DNA from: Planctomycetota bacterium
Lineage (GTDB): Bacteria > Planctomycetota > SZUA-567 > H5-PLA8 > JBOHNC01
Direction: 5' to 3'
Assembly: GCA_050730415.1 (NCBI GenBank)
Contig: JBOHNC010000328.1
Span: 1-58,786, forward strand
DNA length: 58,786 nt
Below, in pieces: positions 8,468-20,392 of this stretch. The position numbers and the translations under genes were made by a program. A model generated the notes under the pieces. It was given only the letters and a program-made list of their open reading frames with translations. It ran no database searches and was not told the DNA's origin. Numbering within the stretch: the first letter of the stretch is position 1; each line of letters begins with the position of its first letter.

Positions 8468-10669
8468 ATGTCGAATTGTTCAAATCGAATCCTGTCGCCC
8501 AGTCGGCGCGGCTGCCTGCTTTTCAGTCTGGCACTGGTGCTGTTCGTTGGCACCGCTGCCGTCGCGCCTCGGCTGCATGCCGCGGATCAGGCTGAACCAA
8601 AGCTGGACCTCCGCTACCGCTGGATTTTCTACCTGGGCAACCTGCTGCCGGACAAAAATGTCGACGACCTGATCGCCGTTTGCGAACGCGGCGCCAAGTG
8701 CGGCTACAACGGGTTGCTGGTGGCCGACTCCAAATTCATGTCTTGGGACGCTTTGAAGGGCACCAATTACAACGCCAACGTTAAGCGGCTCCACGACGCC
8801 TGCACGCGGCTGCACATGCAGTTCATCGTCAGTGTCGCGCCGATGAGTAACGACCTGCTCAGCTACGATCCCAATTTAGCCGAGGGCTTGCCGGCGCGCG
8901 AGGTGCCATTTCTAGTCAAGGATGGCAAGCTGGTGCCCGATCCGGCGCTGGATGTGCCCATCAGCAACGCCGGCTTCGAAAACTGGAATCAGAACGGTCC
9001 GATCGGCTGGAGCTTTGTCGACGGCCCCGGCAAGTGCTGCTGCAAGGACACCGAAGTCAAATGCGAAGGCACCGCCTCGCTGCGCATGGACGACATCCAG
9101 CACAACAGCCCCAATCAAATGGGCCGCATCTGTCACGCGCTGAAAGTTCGTCCGTGGACCAACTACCACGTTCACGCCCGGGTCAAAACCAAGGATTTCG
9201 CTTCGGCCGGTCAGCTTGAATGCAAGGTCCTCACCCCGGACGGCTGGAGTCTCAACGAATATGCTTCGCCGGTCAAGCCCACGCAGGACTGGAGCGATTT
9301 CGATGCGGTCTTTAACAGTCTCGATCACACAGACGTGAATTTTTACATCGGCGTGTGGGGCGGCCGCACCGGCACGCTTTGGATCGACGACGTCAGCGTC
9401 ACGCCGGCCGGGCTGGTTAACGTGCTGCGCCGTCCTGGCACGCCGGTCACCATCACGAGCGAAGACAAAGCGACCACCTACGTGGAAGGCAAGGACTACT
9501 CGAAAATCGTCGATCCGAAAATGGGCAACCAGCCGTGGCCGGGCGCGTATTCGGTCTGGCATGAACCGCCCACGGTTACGTTACCTGCGGGCAGCGCGCT
9601 CAAGGAAGGCCAGCGAGTGCTCGTCAGTTATTTCCAGCCGCCGCTGATCGGCGATTGGGGCGCGGTGATGGCCTGCCTGAGCGCTCCCGGCACCATGAAA
9701 GCACTCCAGTGGCAGGCCGATCAGGTCAAGGAGCACAGTTCGCCTGACGGGTACTTCATGAGCTACGATGAGATGCGCTGCCAGGGCTGGGACGACGCTT
9801 GCGCCGACCGCAAAATGACTTGCGGGCAGATTCTCGCCGACAACATCAAGCAGGTCACAGCGATGTACCGGAAGCTCGACCCGGACAAGCCACTCTTCGT
9901 CTGGTCCGATATGTTCGATCCCTACCACAATGCTCAGAAAACCGGCAAATACTACCTCGTGCACGGCGACGGCCCCTGGTATGACTCCTGGCAGGGCCTG
10001 GACCCCTCGGTCATCGTCGCCAATTGGAACAGCGCTCCTGCACATCGCCTCGATTCGCTGAAGTTCTTCGCCGATCGCGGCAACCGCCAGATTCTCTCCG
10101 GCTACTACGACAGCGACGTGCATAACATCGACCCGTGGCTGCGGGATGCCGGCAAAGTCAAAGGCGTGGTCGGCGTGATGTACACGACCTGGGAAAATAA
10201 TTACTCGCAGTTGGAAGCGTTCGCCGCCGAGTTCAAAAAATTCGAAGGCCCGGAAAATCCGGCCAACGACGACAAGCCCGCGGCACCGCCCGCGCCCGCT
10301 GTTCCGCCACCGGCCCCGGAAGGCGCCGCGCCGACGCCGGCCACGCCGTCGGTGACGCCCGCCGCCACCCCCGCGGCGATCCCCGCGACCGCGTCGGCGG
10401 CGCTGGTTCCCGCTCCCGCACAGCCGGCGCCGGCGGCGCAGGCCAAAGTTGCGGAGGTCACCCCGCCTGACGACAAAACCGCGTATTACATCGGCATGGC
10501 CGTCGGCGTGCTGGCCGTGCTGGCCGTTGTTTTTTTGGCGGTACGCAGCGGCTCCAAACGCGCCTCCGGCCGCCGGAGGCCAGGCGGCGCGTCTGACCGC
10601 GAAAAGGGGAAGTCCGGCGCGCGCCCAACCGGGGCCGCCCGTTCAAATGGGCCCACCCGGCGCCGGTGA
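8468..10669 (+). CDS. Exported glycoside-hydrolase-like protein with inserted CBM-like beta-sandwich, Pro/Ala-rich stalk and C-terminal membrane anchor
   Basis: AGGAG lies upstream of the ATG. The signal peptide is CLLFSLALVLFVGTAAVAPRLHAADQ. A CBM4/9-like segment reads NAGFENWNQNGPIGWSFVDGPG...ASLRMDD...FYIGVWGGRTGTLWIDDVSV. The TIM-barrel-like ends include MYTTWENNY. The C-terminus is a PA-rich linker, then the TM segment YYIGMAVGVLAVLAVVFLAV, then a basic tail. Confidence 0.75.
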   Translation: MSNCSNRILSPSRRGCLLFSLALVLFVGTAAVAPRLHAADQAEPKLDLRYRWIFYLGNLLPDKNVDDLIAVCERGAKCGYNGLLVADSKFMSWDALKGTNYNANVKRLHDACTRLHMQFIVSVAPMSNDLLSYDPNLAEGLPAREVPFLVKDGKLVPDPALDVPISNAGFENWNQNGPIGWSFVDGPGKCCCKDTEVKCEGTASLRMDDIQHNSPNQMGRICHALKVRPWTNYHVHARVKTKDFASAGQLECKVLTPDGWSLNEYASPVKPTQDWSDFDAVFNSLDHTDVNFYIGVWGGRTGTLWIDDVSVTPAGLVNVLRRPGTPVTITSEDKATTYVEGKDYSKIVDPKMGNQPWPGAYSVWHEPPTVTLPAGSALKEGQRVLVSYFQPPLIGDWGAVMACLSAPGTMKALQWQADQVKEHSSPDGYFMSYDEMRCQGWDDACADRKMTCGQILADNIKQVTAMYRKLDPDKPLFVWSDMFDPYHNAQKTGKYYLVHGDGPWYDSWQGLDPSVIVANWNSAPAHRLDSLKFFADRGNRQILSGYYDSDVHNIDPWLRDAGKVKGVVGVMYTTWENNYSQLEAFAAEFKKFEGPENPANDDKPAAPPAPAVPPPAPEGAAPTPATPSVTPAATPAAIPATASAALVPAPAQPAPAAQAKVAEVTPPDDKTAYYIGMAVGVLAVLAVVFLAVRSGSKRASGRRRPGGASDREKGKSGARPTGAARSNGPTRRR

Positions 10670-10714
10670 TTTTTCCGACGCGGCTTGGGCCGTCGTGCTC
10701 CGTCGAGCGATTGA

Positions 10715-11194
10715 CTACTGCCCCTTTGAAAACTCATCGACCAGCGAAGTGTAGTCCCACTGCGTCTGGTCGAAGTCGTCGCTGAATTCGCGCGATTTGG
10801 ACGCGCCCATGTCGGCGAGAAAATAGGAGCTGATGCCGTTGATGCCCTTCTGCTTGGGGTAGGCATACAGCACGTAATGGTTCCCGTCGTCGCTCTTGAA
10901 GAACCGGAAGTAATACCCGTCGTACATTCCATCGTCGGCGTTGCGGATGTCCGACTCAACCGTGGGGATGTCGGCCAGCGAATCCGGGAGCGGCGTGTCG
11001 CTGTTTTTGGGATCGGTCTGCCACTGCACGATGTCTTTGCGGACCGACACCAGGGTCTGTTCGATCATGAATTCCTTGCCGGTCTTCACCGCCGATACGT
11101 CCTGTTCCAAGCAGCCGGGCAGCGATGCGAAACCGCCGGCAACGAGCAAAATCGCCACGGCCGAAAACCACCGGCGCCGGTCGAGGAATTTCAT
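10715..11194 (-). CDS. Small lipoprotein, unknown function
   Basis: ORF 10715..11587(-). Start taken at ATG 11192-11194 (MKFLDRRRWFSAVAILLVAGGFASLPGCLEQD), giving a signal peptide plus a lipobox-like LPGC. The upstream extension is Arg/Pro-rich. Confidence 0.7.
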   Translation of the reverse strand: MKFLDRRRWFSAVAILLVAGGFASLPGCLEQDVSAVKTGKEFMIEQTLVSVRKDIVQWQTDPKNSDTPLPDSLADIPTVESDIRNADDGMYDGYYFRFFKSDDGNHYVLYAYPKQKGINGISSYFLADMGASKSREFSDDFDQTQWDYTSLVDEFSKGQ

Positions 11195-11585
11195 GCGCAC
11201 TCTCCTGGGAGGCCGGTCGGTGCTGGGGCGGGCCGACGGCGGGCGACGATGGAACGGCGGCGATTCGGCGAAAGGGTGGGGCCGTACCGCTTGGCTCCCC
11301 CGCGGATTGCCGCCGACCCGATTCCGATTCCGACTCAGCCTATCCGATCGCCGCCGCAATTGCAAGCAACGTTGACGAGGCCGGCCAGGCACCGGCGCGC
11401 GCAAACCTCTGCGGCAGCACACAATTTGCGAGGCGTGCCGCACCGTTTGGAAATTGGCTCTATACTGGGGCGCGTTGCGGAGAGCGCTCGTTGTGTGCTC
11501 GGTGCCAGTCGCCGGACGCCGGGCGCAAGGCGCCGCAAATTGGACGCTCCGTCCGCCGCCCCTTCCTGCACGAGGCATCCCCTGC

Positions 11586-12092
11586 ATGGCCGCTCAACTG
11601 ACCTTCCGCATTCCCGACGAAAAAGACGTGCCGATGATTTTCCACATGTTGAGCCGGGCGTGGGCGCCGATGAAGGAGCTCTCCGACAACCCCGTCCCCG
11701 ATACCTGGCGCGACGACTTCAAGAAGCTCGAAAAACAGTTGCTCGAACAACCCGTCGTCCGAAACAACTTTCGTATGTCCGAACACAATGGGGTCCCTGT
11801 CGGCGTCTTCCAGTACAACCTGGTCAGCAGCCAGAACACCGCGCTGTTGGGCTACCATTGCATCATGAGCGAATACCGCGGGCGCGAATTCGGCCGGCAG
11901 CAGCTTGAAGAATGCATTCGGCTCGTTTTCGCCAACAAACTCGACGCGCTGGATGTGCTGACCAACACCCATCCGTATTTTGCGCCGGCGCTGAAGATGT
12001 ACCTCGAGTCGGGCTTTGTCGAAGTCGAACGCGCGCCTATCGCCAATTCAAAATATGAACAGATCCGGCTGCGCGCGCGGCGTCCGCAGTAA
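11586..12092 (+). CDS. GNAT family N-acetyltransferase
   Basis: ORF 11454..12092. Start taken at ATG 11586 (MAAQLTFRIPDEKD...). The acetyl-CoA motif-A-like segment is IMSEYRGREFGRQQLEECI and the C-terminal part reads YLESGFVEVER. Confidence 0.8.
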   Translation: MAAQLTFRIPDEKDVPMIFHMLSRAWAPMKELSDNPVPDTWRDDFKKLEKQLLEQPVVRNNFRMSEHNGVPVGVFQYNLVSSQNTALLGYHCIMSEYRGREFGRQQLEECIRLVFANKLDALDVLTNTHPYFAPALKMYLESGFVEVERAPIANSKYEQIRLRARRPQ

Positions 12093-12134
12093 TCGTTCAG
12101 TTCTTCCAATTGAAATAAGCCGCCATGCCGGATG

Positions 12135-14930
<2,796 letters not shown>

Positions 14931-15377
14931 GATGGTCCTGTTCCCGGTTCCGAGCCAAGTTCCACCGCCCTGTCGCGAGGCGGCTCGGAAAGCTCAATAT
15001 TGTGCGCTCGAACGCTCGCAGAGCAATCCAAAATTCCCTTGGGCTGTCGTCTCGGGAGGCGGGTTGCCCTGTGCCGTGGCGCGCGAAAGCGGTTCGGCAT
15101 GTGCGAAGGGGCTTGAGTCGCGCTGGAATCGTGAAAAAAATCCTGAATTGCGGCTTGCCATTTTGAAGACTCTGGCATGATAGCTCACGATTTGGCGGGG
15201 GTGTATTTTCTTGGCGCTCGACCCGCGCGGCGGCGCCGCGCGGTGGGTCCGGTTATCTCGCAATCAGGTTTTGGAAGCCGGTGGGGCGAACAGCGATGCC
15301 AATGCGGCATCGGCCCAAGCTGGCACCATGCCATGATTGCATCCGCCGGCGATGGTGGCTGAGCAGGAGTAGAAGCG

Positions 15378-15695
15378 GTGGGTCGGGAAGACGTCATTCG
15401 GCGCATTCGCGAGGCCGAAGTTGCGGTCAGCGCCAAGAAGCAGCAGGCTCAGGCCAAGGCCGATCAGATCTTGCGTGAGGCGGAAGACAAGCGCCGCGAA
15501 CTGCTCATGCGGCTGCGGGCCGAAAGTCAGGCCAAACTTGAACGCCTGCGGATGCAATATCAGGCGGAGATCACCCAGATTCACCACGCTGCGGCGGAAA
15601 AGGGCAAGGAAGAGTTCGGCCGGATTCAGGGCTTGGCGCAGGGCCGCACAGGCGCGGTGCCGGCGCTGCTCATTAAACATCTGACAGGGGAATAG
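15378..15695 (+). CDS. A/V-type ATPase peripheral-stalk subunit G/H-like coiled-coil protein
   Basis: GTG start with AGGAG 8 nt upstream. The 105-aa product is a charged helical protein (REAEVAVSAKKQQAQAKADQILREAEDKRRELLMRLRAE...). It is the first gene of the V-ATPase operon, where subunit G/H sits in Thermus/archaeal operons. Confidence 0.65.
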   Translation: MGREDVIRRIREAEVAVSAKKQQAQAKADQILREAEDKRRELLMRLRAESQAKLERLRMQYQAEITQIHHAAAEKGKEEFGRIQGLAQGRTGAVPALLIKHLTGE

Positions 15696-15748
15696 CCGGC
15701 GCCGTTCCGCTTCCAGGCGGAACGTGCACCGGACCGGGAATCGCTGGT

Positions 15749-17872
15749 ATGCTTCGCTGTGTTCCGATGTCCAAAGTCCTACTTGTCGGCCCCAAAGAGG
15801 GTCTCGGCGCGCTGACCGATCTCTTGCACCGACTGCATCGCGCGCACATCGTCAAGCTCAATCGGCTCCCGGAAGGGTTTGGCCACGGCCGGCCGCTGCC
15901 CGGCGGCGGAAAATATTCCGAGCAGCTCGTGCAGTTGCGCGCCATCAAGGCCACGCTGCCCACGCCGCCGGTGTTCACCGGAACCCCGGTCAAGTCTTCC
16001 CAGATGCAGGTGCTGATTGACGGCGCCATCAAGGACACTGAAACCCAACTGCTGCGGAAAATGAGCGAGCGTGACGACCTGCAGCGCAAGCTCGAGACCG
16101 TGAATCTCACGGCGACCGCGCTGGCGCCTTTCCAGGCGCTGGGGCTGAATCTGGACTATTTTCAGCCCTTCGATTCCATCCAGGCATTCGTCGGCAAGAC
16201 GGTGCGCGACATCGAACCGGAAGTGACGGCTGCCGGGCTGTCCTACGAACTGTTCCGCGGCGATCTGCGCAGCCCGCAGTCGATCGCGCTGTTCGTGACC
16301 AAGGCCGATGCGCCGCGTGTGCCGGAATTGTTGTCGCAGGTTGGTTTCAATGAGGACCGCCTGCCGGTGCCAGTGGCGGGCCTGACCGACTACCAGACGA
16401 GTCCTGCCGGTGGCTATACCGGCGCCGTCGATGCGCTGCTGCAGCAACTGGGTTCCAAGGCCGCAACCCTCCAGGCGTCGCGCCAGGTGCTCGATCGGGA
16501 AATCGAAAAACTGCGCGGTACGTGGGCCACCGACTGCTTGTCCGCTGAGGAACATCTCGAAATCCAGGTCGAAAAATCGGAATTGCCTTTCGATGTTCTG
16601 GTGACGGAGCACGCCTACCTGGTGGAATTCTGGGTGCCCGATCAGGAAGTTGCGGCGGTGCGGTCGGAAATGGAGCGGACGCTCGGCGATATCTTCCATT
16701 TCGAAGTGCTTCAATATGGCGGCGGCCACCACAAGGCCGACGCTGGAGAGGCGGTGGCGCACGCGGAGGGTCACGGCCACGAAGAGCAGGCCGCACACGT
16801 GGGCGACGGTCACCACGAGGTGCAGGAATCGGTGCCGGTGCAACTGAGCAACCCGCCGTTTTTTAATTTCTTCGAGACGATGACGAAGATGTTTGCGGTA
16901 CCGGCTTACGACGAGGTCGATCCAACTTTTTTCCTGTCCCTATTTTTCCCGCTCTTTTTCGGATTGATGGTCGGCGATGTGGGCTATGGCGTGCTGATTA
17001 CTGCGATCGGCTGGCTGGGCCTGCGCGGCGGCAAACCGCGGTCGGAACTCCGTGCCCTCGGCATGTTCATGCTTTCGAGCGGCGTGGTTGCGGTGCTGAC
17101 CGGCTACTTTGTATTTGGCGACGGTTTCGGCGTGCCGTTCTACGGCCACGAAGGCCACGCCGGCTGGGACACGGTCTTCGGCTTGACCAACTGGCCGCTC
17201 CTGCGCCACACCATCCCGATTGAAAAGCTGGAATCGGCGGGGGTGAGCGAATTCCTGGTGCTGAGCATCGTCTTTGGCCTGATTCACATGACCATCGGCT
17301 TCGGTATCGGTGCCGTGAACGAAGCGCGGCACAGTATAAAACACGGGCTGGCGAAAATCGCGTGGCTTGGCATTCTCTGGACGGTCGGCCTGATTGTGAT
17401 GGACATCGGCATGTGCCGGGACACCAAGGTGGGATCCGGGTTTTGGACAGTGCTGGCCTTTTGCGAGAACTCCGCCGGACACCTGAACATGTCGCTGCTG
17501 GGCGTGCTGGGATTGGCCAGCTTGGCGCTGCTGCTGATCACTGAACCGGGTGCGATCGTGGAGCTGATCGCGCCGTTGTCGAATACCATGTCCTACACGC
17601 GACTGGCGGGAATTGGGATTGCCAAAGCCGCGCTGGCGATGGCCGTGAACACCATGTTTTTCCCGCTCTGGGATGCCGGAATTGGCGGCAAAATCGTCTG
17701 TGTCGTGGCCCTGTTGCTCGGCCACACCGTCATCCTGGGTCTGGGGATTCTGTCGGGCGCTGTGCAGTCGCTGCGTCTGAACTTCTTTGAGTTTTTCGCC
17801 AAATTCTACAAAGGCGGGGGAGCGGAATACATGCCCTTCGGCCGCTGGCGGCAGTACACGCTGCCGGACTAG
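15749..17872 (+). CDS. atpI: A/V-type ATPase subunit I (membrane a-subunit)
   Basis: 707 aa. It has an N-terminal soluble domain (MSKVLLVGPKEG...) and a C-terminal multi-TM domain ending ...SYTRLAGIGIAKAALAMAVN...LRLNFFEFFAKFYKGGG, typical of the V-ATPase 116-kDa/I family. An alternative start is the ATG at 15767. Confidence 0.9.
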   Translation: MLRCVPMSKVLLVGPKEGLGALTDLLHRLHRAHIVKLNRLPEGFGHGRPLPGGGKYSEQLVQLRAIKATLPTPPVFTGTPVKSSQMQVLIDGAIKDTETQLLRKMSERDDLQRKLETVNLTATALAPFQALGLNLDYFQPFDSIQAFVGKTVRDIEPEVTAAGLSYELFRGDLRSPQSIALFVTKADAPRVPELLSQVGFNEDRLPVPVAGLTDYQTSPAGGYTGAVDALLQQLGSKAATLQASRQVLDREIEKLRGTWATDCLSAEEHLEIQVEKSELPFDVLVTEHAYLVEFWVPDQEVAAVRSEMERTLGDIFHFEVLQYGGGHHKADAGEAVAHAEGHGHEEQAAHVGDGHHEVQESVPVQLSNPPFFNFFETMTKMFAVPAYDEVDPTFFLSLFFPLFFGLMVGDVGYGVLITAIGWLGLRGGKPRSELRALGMFMLSSGVVAVLTGYFVFGDGFGVPFYGHEGHAGWDTVFGLTNWPLLRHTIPIEKLESAGVSEFLVLSIVFGLIHMTIGFGIGAVNEARHSIKHGLAKIAWLGILWTVGLIVMDIGMCRDTKVGSGFWTVLAFCENSAGHLNMSLLGVLGLASLALLLITEPGAIVELIAPLSNTMSYTRLAGIGIAKAALAMAVNTMFFPLWDAGIGGKIVCVVALLLGHTVILGLGILSGAVQSLRLNFFEFFAKFYKGGGAEYMPFGRWRQYTLPD

Positions 17873-18026
17873 GAGGTTGGCGAATCGACGATATTGGGGT
17901 GTGAGCCGGAAGCGCCGGCGCGCCGCATGGGTTGGGTTGGGGCTGATGGAAGACCGCGCGGGTCGTTCGGCCGAAAACCCCAAAGACGGATGGTGACGAC
18001 TCGCGCACGGACAGGAGACAGAAGCC

Positions 18027-18335
18027 ATGTGGGCACTTGCATTCATCGGGCTGGGCGCGGGCATCGCGGTCGGTCTCTCGGCGCTGGGCACCGGCTACGC
18101 CCAGGCCTATATCGGCGCTGCGGCGGTGGGCGCGATGGCCGAAGACAAAACGATGTTCGGCCGTGGCCTGGTCATGACGGCGGTGCCTGAGACCGCGCTG
18201 GTGCTGGGCTTCGCCATCTCGTTCCTGCTGTTCATGAAGCTGAGCGACGCCACCATGATCGGCAACCTGATGAAACTGACGACGGCCGCCAATCCGTCGA
18301 CGGTGGTCAAAGCGGCCGACATGCCGAAGCAGTAG
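18027..18335 (+). CDS. atpK: A/V-type ATPase proteolipid subunit K (c subunit, single hairpin)
   Basis: AGGAGA lies upstream. There are two TM helices with a Gly-rich helix 1 (GLGAGIAVGLSALGTGYAQAYIGAAAVGA) and a carboxylate in helix 2 (VMTAVPETALVLGFAISFLLF). Confidence 0.9.
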   Translation: MWALAFIGLGAGIAVGLSALGTGYAQAYIGAAAVGAMAEDKTMFGRGLVMTAVPETALVLGFAISFLLFMKLSDATMIGNLMKLTTAANPSTVVKAADMPKQ

Positions 18336-18580
18336 TGCACCGCGAGGCTGTCCACGCGGGCGCTTGACGGCGGCACGGCCGGGGTTTCGCCAGGAGGCGG
18401 ATCGGTCGTGCCGTTGGCGGCGCGGTTCGGGCCGGCCCGGGTGGGCGGCGGTGAATCGCGGGCCAAAGCGAGGTACTGCAAGGCGGGACGAGCCGTTGGA
18501 GCAACGCGCCGGCGATCGCACGCGGCGCAGTGCATTCTGGATGACGATAGGTCGAAATTCGGCGCAGTGGAGAACGTTCC

Positions 18581-19153
18581 ATGGGTCTGGAAGCGGTGAT
18601 CGAAAAGATCCAGCAACAGGGCAACCAGGAATCCGAGGCGATTCTGGTGGAGGCCCAGAAAAAAGCCAAGGCCATGCTGGATGAAGCCCAAGTGCAGGCC
18701 CAGAAGGAAGCGGTGGAAGCCGAAAGGGCGCTGAAACTAGGCTTCGAGCGGGAAAAGGGCCAGAGCAAGGCGGCCTCCGAGGTGGCGGTGCACAAGGAAG
18801 TCCTGACCGCGCGTCGTTCCGCGTTCGATCAGGCCCTCGCGGCGACCCTCCAGGCGCTGCGCGATGCACCAGCCGAAACCCACGCAAAGATTCTGCGCCG
18901 CCTGTTCGCCGAATCCCCCGATGCCGCCGCCATGGCCAAACGCCCCGGTTCGCGGGTGTTTGGTCGCGAAGCCGACAAGCCGGTCCTGGCTGAACTGGGA
19001 ATTCTGAGTGTCGATACCAGCCGCAAGGACATCCTCGGCGTTCTGATCGAATCGGCCGATGGTTCGCAAGCCTTCGACCTGCGGTTAAGCACGCTGGTCG
19101 GGGAGCTGTGGTCCCAGTTGGGTGCTGACATCAGCCGCCAGATTTTTGGCTAG
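18581..19153 (+). CDS. atpE: A/V-type ATPase subunit E (peripheral stalk)
   Basis: GGAG lies 8 nt upstream. It has an N-terminal long charged helix (IEKIQQQGNQESEAILVEAQKKAKAMLDEAQVQAQKEAVEAE) plus a C-terminal globular part. Its position after K matches the canonical order. Confidence 0.8.
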   Translation: MGLEAVIEKIQQQGNQESEAILVEAQKKAKAMLDEAQVQAQKEAVEAERALKLGFEREKGQSKAASEVAVHKEVLTARRSAFDQALAATLQALRDAPAETHAKILRRLFAESPDAAAMAKRPGSRVFGREADKPVLAELGILSVDTSRKDILGVLIESADGSQAFDLRLSTLVGELWSQLGADISRQIFG

Positions 19154-19245
19154 GTGGAGCGTTCCAGGGCGCCCCGTTAGCGGGGGCGTAAAGGCTATTT
19201 TTCGTGTCGGTCGGTTGAGCCGGTAGGGAAAAAGGGAGGCAAGCG

Positions 19246-20391
19246 ATGGTGTTGGGCTTCAACCGGCACAAACTGCGCCTATCCGCTTTCGAAAAGCAGG
19301 CTTCGCCCGATGCCGCCATCAACAGCTCCGGCGACTATCCCTACGCGATCACCCGAATCCGCGCCCGCAAACGCACGCTGATTTCTCCCGATCAGTTCGA
19401 GAAGCTCCTGACGTTCGATGTGCCTCAGATCACGCGGTTCATCGAAGAATCCCAATACCGTGCCCAAGTCGATCGCCTCGCGGTGAAGTTCAAGGGTGTC
19501 GATCTGCTGGAACAGGCACTGGCGCTGCACCTTTCAGAGCTGTTCAATGAAATCCTGAGTTTCTGCAAAGGCCGTCTGCTGGTCATGCTGCGCGCCTACC
19601 TGAACAAATATGACGCCCAGAACTACAAGAACATTCTGCGCGGCAAAGCCACCAAAACCGGCGCCGACCGTATCCGTGAAACGATTATCGCTGCGGGCGA
19701 ACAGGGCATGGAATACTGGAATCGTCTGATTGAGACCGACACGTTCGACCAGGCCATTGAACGGTTCGAGTCCCCCTACGGCGATGCTGTGCGGGATGTG
19801 CTGCGGCGCTACAAGGATGAAAATCCGCAGGCCCGTTCCCACGAATGCCTGGCCGTGCTTGAGGAAACCATCGACCGCATTCTCTACGCCCGTTTGGCAC
19901 GCGCCGCGCCCGGCGAGACGCCGGCCGAAAAGCTGTTCCGCGATTTCATCGCCCGCACCATCGACTTCGCCAACCTGACCACGTTGTTCGTGCTGGTCGG
20001 CGAAGGCTTGGCGTCGGAGGCCATTCTGACGCATATGCTGCCGAAGGGCGCCGACCTCACACCGGCGCTGCAGAAGCTCCTGGCCGAGCAAAAAGGCATC
20101 GACGCGTTTCTCGACGCGCTCAAGAAATCCACCTTCTGGCGCCACATTGAATCGACCGATCCGAAGGTGCTCGAATCCAAGTCCCTTGCCAAGCTGGAGA
20201 TGGCCTTCAAGCGGGTCGTGGCGCACTGGTGCTCGCACAAGGGCAAACAGTACCCGCTCTCGGCGCTGCCGGCGATCGAATTCATCCTGCGCAAAGAACT
20301 GGAAGTGCAGAACCTGCGCATGCTCGCGCGCGGCAAATCGCTGAACCTGAGCGAAGCCGACCTCCGCGATCTGCTGGACCTGGGGGAGTAG
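19246..20391 (+). CDS. atpC: A/V-type ATPase subunit C (eukaryotic d homologue)
   Basis: GGGAGG lies upstream. The N-terminal motif YPYAITRIRARKRTLISPDQFEKLL and the all-helical 381-aa size are typical of archaeal-type subunit C. Confidence 0.85.
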   Translation: MVLGFNRHKLRLSAFEKQASPDAAINSSGDYPYAITRIRARKRTLISPDQFEKLLTFDVPQITRFIEESQYRAQVDRLAVKFKGVDLLEQALALHLSELFNEILSFCKGRLLVMLRAYLNKYDAQNYKNILRGKATKTGADRIRETIIAAGEQGMEYWNRLIETDTFDQAIERFESPYGDAVRDVLRRYKDENPQARSHECLAVLEETIDRILYARLARAAPGETPAEKLFRDFIARTIDFANLTTLFVLVGEGLASEAILTHMLPKGADLTPALQKLLAEQKGIDAFLDALKKSTFWRHIESTDPKVLESKSLAKLEMAFKRVVAHWCSHKGKQYPLSALPAIEFILRKELEVQNLRMLARGKSLNLSEADLRDLLDLGE

Positions 20392-20392
20392 C

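Noticed and set aside
10260-10450. Repetitive GC-rich DNA (GCC/CCG/GCG runs) that could look like a tandem repeat or array
   Set aside because: It is in frame within the 8468..10669 CDS and encodes the Pro/Ala-rich linker. It has no fixed repeat unit or spacer structure, so it is neither a CRISPR array nor a VNTR.
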